Position numbers and translations under genes: made by a program
Assembly (NCBI GenBank): GCA_002348315.1
Contig: DEAW01000136.1
Location: 15,211-79,210, forward strand
Direction of reading: 5' to 3'
Length of the DNA: 64,000 nucleotides
From: Planctomycetaceae bacterium UBA2972
GTDB lineage: Bacteria; Planctomycetota; Planctomycetia; Pirellulales; Pirellulaceae
Shown: in pieces, positions 1 through 8,852 of the stretch
Layout: the number at the start of each line of letters is the position of its first letter
Position numbering within the stretch: position 1 is the stretch's first letter
Notes under the pieces: generated by a model
Seen by the model: the letters and a program-made list of their open reading frames with translations, nothing else
Database searches by the model: none
Told to the model about the DNA's origin: nothing

Positions 1-1
1 G

Positions 2-1057
2 GGAAGAGAATCCAAAGATAAGCCCTGGTTTCTTTATCTGGCCTTCAACGCGCCTCACTTTCCATTACATGCCTGGCCGGAAGATATTGAGAAATACAAA
101 GATCGATATCACGTCGGCTGGGATGTGATTCGGCAACAGCGACTGACTCGCATGAAAGCATTAGGTGTTGTCCAGCAGGACACTCAACTCTCCAAACGCG
201 GCCTTTACTGGGATTGGGGTGAGATCGAGCCGCGGCGGAATCCAGCCTGGGATTCACTGCCTGCGGATCGGCGCGGTGATCTGGCTCGGCGGATGGCCAT
301 CTATGCGGCGATGGTGGATCAGATGGATCGTAATATTGGACGAGTGGTGGACGATCTAAAGAGTCACGGTGAATTCGAGAACACCTTGATCGTCTTCATT
401 TCTGACAATGGAGCCTGTTACGAATGGGATCCGTTTGGATTTGATGTTTGGTCCAGTCGAAATAACAAACTACATTGGGGAGATCAGCTTGAATCGATGG
501 GGAATGCGGAGAGCTATCATAGCATTGGGTCCGGGTGGTCGAATGCATCCAATACACCTTTTCGGCTTTATAAGCACTATAGTCACGAAGGTGGTATTTC
601 GATGCCGGCAATTGTCCATTGGCCGGCTGGCAACCTTGCCAACGGAACGGTTATCAATACACCAACGCATATCATCGATCTCGTGCCCACCATGCTGGAA
701 GTTTCTGAAAGTGAATATCCATCAACGTGGGAAAAAGCCAAAACGATTCCGCTGGCTGGTGAAAGTTTATTAGCAACCTGGCAGGGAAAGACAGTAGTGT
801 CATCCCGAGCGTTATTCTTTGAGCATCAGGGTAGTCGGGCAGTTCGTGAGGGTAACTGGAAATTGGTGGCTACGCGTGGTGCGCCATGGGAACTTTATGA
901 TATTTCCAAAGACAGAATTGAATCACGTAATCTGGTGAAACGACATCCGAAGCTGGCTAAGACACTCGAAGCAAAATGGCACGATTGGGCACGTAGAAAT
1001 CAGGTCACACCCTTTCCCAAAAATCTGGGTGCGGATTATTTACCCGAGCTTAAATAA
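2..1057 (+). CDS. Arylsulfatase (type I sulfatase), C-terminal ~351 aa; the 5' end lies upstream of the window
   Basis: Frame 2 is open from nt 2 (GRESKDKPWFLYLAFNAPHFPLHAWPEDIEKYKDRYHVGWD...) and runs into track ORF 125..1057, so the track's internal GTG start is a window-edge artefact. FISDNGA, HEGGISMP and WELYDISKDRIESRNL are typical arylsulfatase C-terminal motifs. Confidence 0.85.
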   Translation, partial: GRESKDKPWFLYLAFNAPHFPLHAWPEDIEKYKDRYHVGWDVIRQQRLTRMKALGVVQQDTQLSKRGLYWDWGEIEPRRNPAWDSLPADRRGDLARRMAIYAAMVDQMDRNIGRVVDDLKSHGEFENTLIVFISDNGACYEWDPFGFDVWSSRNNKLHWGDQLESMGNAESYHSIGSGWSNASNTPFRLYKHYSHEGGISMPAIVHWPAGNLANGTVINTPTHIIDLVPTMLEVSESEYPSTWEKAKTIPLAGESLLATWQGKTVVSSRALFFEHQGSRAVREGNWKLVATRGAPWELYDISKDRIESRNLVKRHPKLAKTLEAKWHDWARRNQVTPFPKNLGADYLPELK

Positions 1058-1060
1058 CTG

Positions 1061-1078
1061 GCAGGGATTTAGTCCTGC
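1061..1078. terminator. Short hairpin between convergent sulfatase genes (possible weak bidirectional terminator)
   Basis: gcaggg-atttag-tcctgc forms 5 Watson-Crick pairs plus one G:U and is followed by ttt on the + strand. Only 30 nt separate the two stop codons. The stem is short and there is no T-run for the minus strand. Confidence 0.3.
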
Positions 1079-1087
1079 TTTCTCAAA

Positions 1088-2647
1088 TCAGTTTTGCACT
1101 GAACCGCTGGAGGTATCTTTGCGGAAATTCAGTTTAGTGATTGTCTTTTTTACCGGTTGCAGATGGATTCCCTTGAGTCGCTCCTGATTCTTAGCGATGT
1201 CAAACCAGATCGCCTTCATCGCATCCACTCGCTGTGGATATTGGGAAGCTAAATCGTTCATCTCTGTGCGATCCTGATCCAGGTTGTACAATTCCCAGCG
1301 ACCTTGCTTCGCAGAAACCAGTTTCCAGGGACCTTGTCGGAGGGCGCGGTCTGTTCTGAAGTGGAAGTACAGTGTTTCATGAGCTTCCCGTTGCTCGCCT
1401 GTAAAAATTGGTAGCAATGATTTCCCGACCAGCGGATCGATCATTCGATCATTTATTTGTTTTGGATAATTGGCATCTGCGATCTCCAAAAAGGTTGCCA
1501 TAAAATCAACTAAATGGGCAGGTTGAGCTGTGATCGTCCCGGGTTGAGTCGTTAACCCGCGAGGCCAGTGAGCGATCATGGGTGAGCAAATTCCGCCTTC
1601 ATGTTGGTTTTGTTTGTAGAGCCGGAAAGGCGTGTTGCCGGCATTGGCCCAACTGGCATCGTAAAGCCAATAGGATTCAGGGTCCCAGGGGTCCTTGAAG
1701 CGTCCGCGAGTTCGTTCAAAGGGGCAGGCACCGTTATCGCTGCAAAACAGAATCAGCGTGTTGTCAAATTCGCCTGTGTCCTGGAGGTGCTGGACGACCC
1801 GACCAATGTTTTGATCCAGCAGGTCAACCATCGCTGCAAAAACGGCCATCCGGTTGGCTTCCCACTGGCGATCTTCATCAGAAAGCGATTTCCAGGCGGG
1901 GACGTGATCTGATCGAGTGCTGAGTTTTGTGTCTTTAGGGAAGAGTCCGAGTTCCAATTGCTTAGCGAAACGGGTTTTTCTTAGTTTATCCCAGCCGCCG
2001 TCATAGTTTCCCAAATGACGTTTTACGTCTGCTTCCGGAGCCTGTAAGGGGTAGTGAGGCGCATTAAAGGGGAGGTACATCAGAAAAGGTTTCTCTGATG
2101 CGAGCCCTTCGTCGATAAATTCGATGGCATAATCGGCAATCGCATGGGTTGTGTAGAACGGACGGCCATTGAGAGTTTTAGGAACATGATACGGTTTACC
2201 GTTGTAACGAAATGTATCGTCACCGGTGAAGAAATTAGTTGCTCCGGAGAGGTGTCCCCAATAACGATCGAATCCAAAGTCGGTGGGTTGTTTACTCAGA
2301 TGCCACTTACCAGACATGGCTGTGAAATATCCAGCCTGTTTCAAAACTTCCGCAATCGTTGCTCCGCGACTGAGCGATTCGCTACCGGCCTGGTCGCAAT
2401 AGAGCCCCGTCAGTAGTGAAACTCGGGAACTGTGACACTTGGATGTGTTGTAAAACTGAGTGAATCGCAGGCCATTGTTCGCTAAGGCATCCAGATTGGG
2501 AGTCGGGATCTCCGAGCCGTAACACCCGATGTCAGAGAATCCCAAATCATCGGCCATGATTAAAACAATATTGGGACGATCATCTGCCTGGATTGAGAAA
2601 GTGACCGTTAGCAGTAAGAAAACAGAGAAGGTTGCTCGAAGCATCAT
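1088..2647 (-). CDS. Secreted arylsulfatase with a non-canonical active-site pentapeptide
   Basis: 519-aa ORF with a signal-like N-terminus (MMLRATFSVFLLLTVTFSIQA). It has PNIVLIMADDLGFSD, FCSDNGA and QHEGGI motifs. The sulfatase signature position reads C-H-S-S-R followed by VSLLTG (nt 2423..2437). Confidence 0.9.
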   Translation of the reverse strand: MMLRATFSVFLLLTVTFSIQADDRPNIVLIMADDLGFSDIGCYGSEIPTPNLDALANNGLRFTQFYNTSKCHSSRVSLLTGLYCDQAGSESLSRGATIAEVLKQAGYFTAMSGKWHLSKQPTDFGFDRYWGHLSGATNFFTGDDTFRYNGKPYHVPKTLNGRPFYTTHAIADYAIEFIDEGLASEKPFLMYLPFNAPHYPLQAPEADVKRHLGNYDGGWDKLRKTRFAKQLELGLFPKDTKLSTRSDHVPAWKSLSDEDRQWEANRMAVFAAMVDLLDQNIGRVVQHLQDTGEFDNTLILFCSDNGACPFERTRGRFKDPWDPESYWLYDASWANAGNTPFRLYKQNQHEGGICSPMIAHWPRGLTTQPGTITAQPAHLVDFMATFLEIADANYPKQINDRMIDPLVGKSLLPIFTGEQREAHETLYFHFRTDRALRQGPWKLVSAKQGRWELYNLDQDRTEMNDLASQYPQRVDAMKAIWFDIAKNQERLKGIHLQPVKKTITKLNFRKDTSSGSVQN

Positions 2648-2781
2648 TAAATCTCAATCAAGATAGGATGGGAGTTTGGTGGACTCATTATAAACGGAAT
2701 GGTTGCCCTCGCTAGCTTGCAATATATACACTCGCGTTGGGCAGGATGGGGCACAGGCAGGATGATATAATCGACGATACT

Positions 2782-5700
2782 ATGCGACGTTTCCTTTTTC
2801 TCATCACTGTATTTTTGATCAGCGGCTTACGACCTTCGCTGATTATTGCACAGGAACTTCCTGTGCCGGGGATCGGTTTGCTTATTTCGCCCGGGCAAAT
2901 CATGGAAGTTCGGGAGAAAATCCAATCGGAACCATGGAAGTCCATGTACGTCGGAATTAAATCCAGAGCTGACGAGTTAGTCGCTCAATGGCCGGATGCC
3001 AGGTTGCAGATGGATGAACGACTTGAGTCCATCCTGGATTTGACGATTGAATTTGACGCGGTGACTGAGGATCCGGCAACGAGAGAGATGGCCAGTCTAC
3101 TGGCCGGGCATATGCAAACTCGGATGACCTCGGCCGCCTTTGTCTATCTGATCAGTGGCGAGCGAAAATATGCAGAGGTTGCGTGGGATGTGTTTACGAC
3201 CGCGGGACGAGCGAATCGCTGGGGTTGGTTCACCTGGAGTGGCGCTTCGATGCCCCAAATTCATGCCGGAATGTTTGCACGTAACGCCTCGTTTACCGTC
3301 GACTTTATCTGGCAGGCATTGACAGAGGCTCAACGCCAAAGAGCTCGGGATATTATTGCCGAGAAGGTCGTGGAACCTTATTTTCGATTGGTGCTGCACA
3401 CACCCGCCATGGGTTTGCATCACTTGAGAAGCAAGAACCAGGGGAACAATGTCTTCGCTGGCGCCATGATTGGATGTCTGGTACTTGGTGACCAATATCC
3501 TGATTCCCGTCGCTGGCTTTCGAGTTTTTTACAGACCTATCATTGGTTGATTACGCACGATATTGGCTGGGCGGGACAGGGGCTTGAAGCCGGAATGCCG
3601 GGTTACTGGAGTGTCTCGATGCAAAATCTCTATACCGCGGCAGTCTGCTTAAACAATACACGCGGGATCGATTTAAGAAACCATCCCGGGATTGAACAGG
3701 CAACATTTTATCCCGTGATGCATGAATCAACCGTGCCTCCGGTCGGCATGTTCGATGCACCCATCGATCCGAAGTATCAGGGGATAGCCGGAGTGATTTC
3801 GGGTAAGCCGATCGAGTTGCCCGGAACCGCATCCGGAAGTGCCTGGTGGTTCGATTTTGCTTATCGGAACCCCAAATCTGCGGCTGCTTATTTCATCAAT
3901 CAGTCGATGGTGAAAGTGAATGAGAAAAAAGAATATTCATTCGCAGCCCATGACGCGCATCAATCAGGGCATGCAGAAATCATTAAGCTGCTTTGGACCC
4001 GACCGGAAGTGTACCAACCTGCGGTGGCAAAACCGCTGGAGTTGTTCAAGACGACTGATCGGATGAGTATGATTCGCAGTGGATATGGGATGGGGCATAC
4101 CTATATGTATGTCAATGGAGACATCTTTTTATCGTCGCTGGGTGAAATCCTCGGAACCTCTTCAGGAATGTCCTGGCATTATAAATGGCATGGATATCAG
4201 GCTGCCGAATCCGGAGTGGTGACCGAGGGCGAAGCGTTGGCGCCTTCCATGAAAGTTACCAGCAGTTGGGACGGCGATAAGTTGTCCATTATCCACTCAG
4301 CCGTAGCCAAGAGTAATATCCAGTACTACAAACCCGCTGGGCATGATCGCTTGCCTGAACATTATCTGCGAAAAGATCGTGACATTGTTTATGTGAAAGA
4401 CACACCAGGCAGAGATTACTTTATTTTTATAGATCACGTTGTCACGGAAGAGCCCCGATATCATGGCTGGCAATGGCAGACTTGGAATCATGTCTTTGGA
4501 AATGAAAGTACGAATACCGCAGACTATCAACAAGTAAATGATCGGTATATAAGGCTCAAGCGTCCCAATGCTGACTTGGGTATCCAGTTCTTAGTTCCCG
4601 AGCAGGTTGAATTTGAAATTGAGAGTGCCCCCGGCCAACCCAAAGTGGCCTATATGTATGATCATAATTTACTCACGCTGCGAGCGATGGCAGGGGCGTA
4701 TCAGTCAACCGACCAGAAAACGGTCAGGATTGAACCGAAGCAATGGAGCGGCACAGGCATGCTTGTTTTCCCCAGTGATGCCGCCGCTGAATCGGACGTG
4801 CCAGCGACGGCGTATTCTCTTCGTGGCAAAGAGGCCTTAGTTCGGGAGCAGGGTGTCAGTCTTAATCGTTTTCAGGTGCCTGTTAAACTTGAAGCAGGAC
4901 AGCGTTACAGAATGCGAGTGGACTATCGAAAAAGCGATCTATCCGTCTATGAGAATCTTGCCTGGAAGATTCCATTGACGTTGCTGGCTGCCGATGGAAA
5001 GGTGATTGCCAGGTGTAGTGACGTTTATAGCACTCCGGATCCGCTAAGCCTGCGAGACAATCGATCGATGACCGGGACGACAAGTTGGCAACCGACAGAT
5101 TATGTTCACTTTTCAGTCCCTGCAGGTCAGGACGTCGCAGAAATTCACGGAGAATTACTTGCTGCCGAGTATTCACATCCACCTCATCAGATTCATGAAG
5201 ATTCGGTCTTGCAGTTAGGAGACATCACGATTGAACCGCTTGGTACACTTCCTAAAACCAAAGCACAGACCTTTGTGACAGTATTAAATCCATTAGCCAA
5301 GCAGGATGAATTTCAGCTTGCCGAGGTACAACAAATTGGTGAAACCAGTGTGATTAAAATTCCCCGGGGTGAATTCGAAGCTGATTGGATCGTGATTGAT
5401 GCGTTGCAGCCGGTTACGTTTCAATGGGGAACGGTTGCGGCTGAATTTGCCTGGTTTCGTATCACCGATGACGAGAATATTGAACAGATCTATATGCGAA
5501 AAGCGGCGTATCTGGCTTTAGATGGTCAGGAGATTTTTAAGAATTCAGGACCACTCGATTTGGCATTGATCATGAACAGTGTCGGACAGATATCGCAAGT
5601 TCGCGCTTCAGTCCAGGGCGCATCGGAGCTTACGATGTTTGGGAAAACATATCCCTTAGGCAATGGTGTGCAGATTGCAGATAACCGATTGAGATTTCAG

Positions 5701-6456
5701 ACGGATCCTACAGCAGAAACGCTGGAACGCAATTCGATCCTTAGTCAGCAGGCACTGCTGGCCGGACTGGCCCCGATTCTTGAAGAGCAACTTGCTCAGC
5801 GAGACGAATCACTAGAGAGGAATCTAGCTCGGGAAGCCAGAGTGACCGCTTCGGCCAGTCGGGCGATTCGGTTTTCGCCCTATTTAACGATTGATAACAA
5901 TACGTCTGAATATCCAACGGATGGAAAACTGGATTACACTCAGGAGCCCATCGAAACGGCATCGCTGGGTGGCTATGGTCAGGATCGACATCCTCTGGTG
6001 AGTGATGAGATGGCCACATTTCCGTTTTACGTGCCACCGACGTACTGGCTGTTGCCTTATCAACAGACCGGCTGGATAGAGTATGAATGGAAACAAGATC
6101 AACAGATTTCAGAAGTACGAGTACTTAATACTTCCAATGCAGGACTCAACGACTATGCCACGATGAAGTATCGAATTGAATTACGTGATGCGGATGACCA
6201 GGTCCTTGCCAGCACTCGCCAGCAGTTTGGAAAGGTGTTTGATCGTCCCTTTCAAGCCGCTTTCAAATATCCTCAGCATTTCGGAAAGTATAGCGATACA
6301 TTTCAGGGAATGCTTGAACCGGGAATTGCTGTACCGTTTGGCGATGGTTGGCAAACGACTAAGTTTAAGCCGACGGTAGTACGCAAAGTCAGAATTTTCA
6401 TTGAATCCTATTGGGGACTAGGCGGGGGCCTGAACGAAGTGCAGATCTACCCTTAG
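2782..6456 (+). CDS. Large secreted protein with a polysaccharide-lyase-like (heparinase II/III-like) N-terminal region and a C-terminal F5/8 type C (discoidin)-like domain
   Basis: A long ORF is certain. ATG 2782 gives the signal-like MRRFLFLITVFLISGLRPSLIIAQE, whereas the track start 2737 adds 15 non-hydrophobic residues. The C-terminal ~150 aa (WIEYEW...VRVLNTSNAG...YRIELRD...VRKVRIFIESYWGLGGGLNEVQIYP) matches the discoidin pattern. The lyase-like assignment of the N-terminal part (HHLRSKNQGNNVFAGAMIG, GHTYMYVNGDIFLSS) is tentative. Confidence 0.55.
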   Translation: MRRFLFLITVFLISGLRPSLIIAQELPVPGIGLLISPGQIMEVREKIQSEPWKSMYVGIKSRADELVAQWPDARLQMDERLESILDLTIEFDAVTEDPATREMASLLAGHMQTRMTSAAFVYLISGERKYAEVAWDVFTTAGRANRWGWFTWSGASMPQIHAGMFARNASFTVDFIWQALTEAQRQRARDIIAEKVVEPYFRLVLHTPAMGLHHLRSKNQGNNVFAGAMIGCLVLGDQYPDSRRWLSSFLQTYHWLITHDIGWAGQGLEAGMPGYWSVSMQNLYTAAVCLNNTRGIDLRNHPGIEQATFYPVMHESTVPPVGMFDAPIDPKYQGIAGVISGKPIELPGTASGSAWWFDFAYRNPKSAAAYFINQSMVKVNEKKEYSFAAHDAHQSGHAEIIKLLWTRPEVYQPAVAKPLELFKTTDRMSMIRSGYGMGHTYMYVNGDIFLSSLGEILGTSSGMSWHYKWHGYQAAESGVVTEGEALAPSMKVTSSWDGDKLSIIHSAVAKSNIQYYKPAGHDRLPEHYLRKDRDIVYVKDTPGRDYFIFIDHVVTEEPRYHGWQWQTWNHVFGNESTNTADYQQVNDRYIRLKRPNADLGIQFLVPEQVEFEIESAPGQPKVAYMYDHNLLTLRAMAGAYQSTDQKTVRIEPKQWSGTGMLVFPSDAAAESDVPATAYSLRGKEALVREQGVSLNRFQVPVKLEAGQRYRMRVDYRKSDLSVYENLAWKIPLTLLAADGKVIARCSDVYSTPDPLSLRDNRSMTGTTSWQPTDYVHFSVPAGQDVAEIHGELLAAEYSHPPHQIHEDSVLQLGDITIEPLGTLPKTKAQTFVTVLNPLAKQDEFQLAEVQQIGETSVIKIPRGEFEADWIVIDALQPVTFQWGTVAAEFAWFRITDDENIEQIYMRKAAYLALDGQEIFKNSGPLDLALIMNSVGQISQVRASVQGASELTMFGKTYPLGNGVQIADNRLRFQTDPTAETLERNSILSQQALLAGLAPILEEQLAQRDESLERNLAREARVTASASRAIRFSPYLTIDNNTSEYPTDGKLDYTQEPIETASLGGYGQDRHPLVSDEMATFPFYVPPTYWLLPYQQTGWIEYEWKQDQQISEVRVLNTSNAGLNDYATMKYRIELRDADDQVLASTRQQFGKVFDRPFQAAFKYPQHFGKYSDTFQGMLEPGIAVPFGDGWQTTKFKPTVVRKVRIFIESYWGLGGGLNEVQIYP

Positions 6457-6472
6457 GGCCAAACGAGAGCAT

Positions 6473-8845
6473 TTAACGAGGGTCGAGTAGATATCCCAGG
6501 AGATCCCGAATTTCATCTTCGGTGAGAGAATTCAGTAAACCGGTCGGCATCAGTGAAGTCTTAGATGGCACAATGTCGTCAATGTCTTTTTCCAAAATGG
6601 AACTTCGGGCAAATGGTCGAAAGGGATCAGTGCGTACGGAATACGTTCCCTTAGAGAGATTGACAATTTGACCTGTCACTTGCCGGCCGTCCTGCAAGAT
6701 GAAAATGGTTGCCTGATACTGATCAGAGATTACCTTGTCCGGATTGACGATGTGTTCCAATACAGCGGCGGGGGTGTAGCGTCCTGCTAGCCCGTTTAGA
6801 TTGGGACCGAGAACACCTCCGGAATTTCCCAGACGGTGACAGTTGTCGCAACGAACTGCCCGAAAGGCCGCCTTACCTCTGCTGGCATCCGCAGTGGCCA
6901 GAGTTTTTGGCTGAGTCAGTGGTAACAGGTCAGCCAACGACCAATTCTGAACAACCGGGCGGGCAGGGCGTTGGTCGTCGACTTCCGGTAGTCCAAGGGT
7001 GCGAATGAGGTTTTGGAAATGCTCACTTTGAGCTCGATATTTACGATGGGCGACGGCTCTTAGCTCATAGGGGTCAATGGCGTCGGTGAGTTGTTTCTTT
7101 TGTGCTTCTGAAAAGTCGTGAAAGCCTTCATCCATAAGAATGGAGAGAAAGTGTAATTGAGTCATCAGAGATTCAGCATTGGAAATAGATGCTAACACAC
7201 GGTCAGCATAGTCGTCGGGTTGAAATTGGCTCAGGATGGATCCCAATTCTTTGTTGACATTGTTGTCGGTCGCAGGAAAACGTTGATCCAGATAGGTCAG
7301 TAAATGTTCTCGTTCAGAACCATCGGGAATTCCCATACGCTGCAGCAAAATAGAGAATATTCGAAGTGAACTGAGTTTCTGTTGTGTTTCCAGAGATTCC
7401 CACTTCAACCCCGTGAGTAGATCGATGATTTGTTGTCGGTAGTCTGAGGGTGCATGCCGGGATGCTGCCACAAGGCCTTCCAGCAAGGCCGTTGGTTCCT
7501 TTTCAGCCATGACATTGCTTAGCCAGCGGGAATATGGTTGATGCTCCATTGCCAGACGGGCGGCATAACGAAGCGTGCGATCCTGAGACCGTAAAGCATC
7601 AGCAAATAAACCATAGGGCGCAGGCACATCATTCGTATGTAAAGCAGAGTAGACTCGCCGGACTTTACTCTCCTGAGTGGCTTGCGAGTTTGAACGCGCG
7701 GAAATGGAAGTCTCGTGGAAGATACGGTAAAGGTGTGACTTATTCCCGCGGCCACCCGTGGCGAAGTAGAGAGCGCCATCGCGGCCGACAACGATATCGG
7801 TGACAGCCAATGGAGTACCGCTGGCAAAAAACTCCCAATCTCCCTTGAAGGTGGCTCCCCGGGGAGTCAGATGAACAGCGTAGATCCGCCCATAACTCCA
7901 GTCACAGGCATACAATGCCCGTTGATACTTTTCAGGGAAATGCGTTTGGCTACCAAAAACGACACCTGTCGGAGATCCCGGACCAATTTCGACAGTCGGA
8001 GGTAACGTATCCGGATAGTAAGGCATTAAATTCTGAGGACTTTGTCGCCAGCCGTAGTCAGCGCCACTGAGAAGATGATACACATTGGCTGGACGGTACC
8101 AGGGAAGTCCCATATAGCCTTCGTTGTCAGAATCAAAGGTGAACAACTCTCCGGTACTGTTAAAGGCAATATCATAAGCATTTCTCAGGCCCTGGCAGAA
8201 CATTTCTCGTTGGGTACCGTCAGGAGAAAAACGCATGACCCAACCCTGACGAGACGGAGTCTTGAAACTATCGGATGCCTGAGCCACTGGAATGTGATCC
8301 CTGTTGATGTCGTCGGGAGTCCCTGTCCCGTTGCCTGCAATCAAATAGATCCACTTCCCAGCTGGACCGACGACCAAACCATGCCCGCCGTGCTCCCCTC
8401 GCCCGGGAATCGGGAGGATCAATTCGGGCTCGGTAAATCCACCTTTGCCATCACTGTCTTTCATTCTGTAAACGCCACTTTCACCTGTACCATCTGCCTT
8501 GACTAAGTAAAGATGCTCAAAGGCGTAAAGCAAACCATGTCCTCCACCGATTTCAAGGGGCACATTGTGGACACTTGTCACAGGATGCTTTTGCCGCAAT
8601 TCCCCCGGAATAATTCGAAACAGTCTATCGTTTTGACTGCTGGCCAGAATATGACCCTGGGCATCCACCGTCAGACTAATAATCGAAGCCTGTTCTGCTT
8701 CAAACGATGCCACAACTTCTGCCTTAAATCCGGGAAGCAAACTTAAGTTGGTTGCGGGGACAACAATATTCTTAGAGGCCAGTGCCGTCGGGCGGATACT
8801 TAGAACGAACAGGAGCAGAGTGATTGTGAGCAATCTGTTTATCAT
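6473..8845 (-). CDS. Membrane-bound-dehydrogenase-domain / HEAT-repeat / c-type cytochrome fusion protein (Pirellula-Verrucomicrobium type)
   Basis: 790 aa with signal peptide MINRLLTITLLLFVLSIRPTALA. It has an N-terminal propeller-like region (GRDGALYFATGGRG) and a helical repeat middle. The C-terminal heme domain reads CDNCHRLGNSGGVLGPNL...SLMPTGLLNSLTEDEIRDLLGYL. It starts 7 nt after the upstream gene's stop. Confidence 0.8.
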   Translation of the reverse strand: MINRLLTITLLLFVLSIRPTALASKNIVVPATNLSLLPGFKAEVVASFEAEQASIISLTVDAQGHILASSQNDRLFRIIPGELRQKHPVTSVHNVPLEIGGGHGLLYAFEHLYLVKADGTGESGVYRMKDSDGKGGFTEPELILPIPGRGEHGGHGLVVGPAGKWIYLIAGNGTGTPDDINRDHIPVAQASDSFKTPSRQGWVMRFSPDGTQREMFCQGLRNAYDIAFNSTGELFTFDSDNEGYMGLPWYRPANVYHLLSGADYGWRQSPQNLMPYYPDTLPPTVEIGPGSPTGVVFGSQTHFPEKYQRALYACDWSYGRIYAVHLTPRGATFKGDWEFFASGTPLAVTDIVVGRDGALYFATGGRGNKSHLYRIFHETSISARSNSQATQESKVRRVYSALHTNDVPAPYGLFADALRSQDRTLRYAARLAMEHQPYSRWLSNVMAEKEPTALLEGLVAASRHAPSDYRQQIIDLLTGLKWESLETQQKLSSLRIFSILLQRMGIPDGSEREHLLTYLDQRFPATDNNVNKELGSILSQFQPDDYADRVLASISNAESLMTQLHFLSILMDEGFHDFSEAQKKQLTDAIDPYELRAVAHRKYRAQSEHFQNLIRTLGLPEVDDQRPARPVVQNWSLADLLPLTQPKTLATADASRGKAAFRAVRCDNCHRLGNSGGVLGPNLNGLAGRYTPAAVLEHIVNPDKVISDQYQATIFILQDGRQVTGQIVNLSKGTYSVRTDPFRPFARSSILEKDIDDIVPSKTSLMPTGLLNSLTEDEIRDLLGYLLDPR

Positions 8846-8852
8846 GTTTGAC

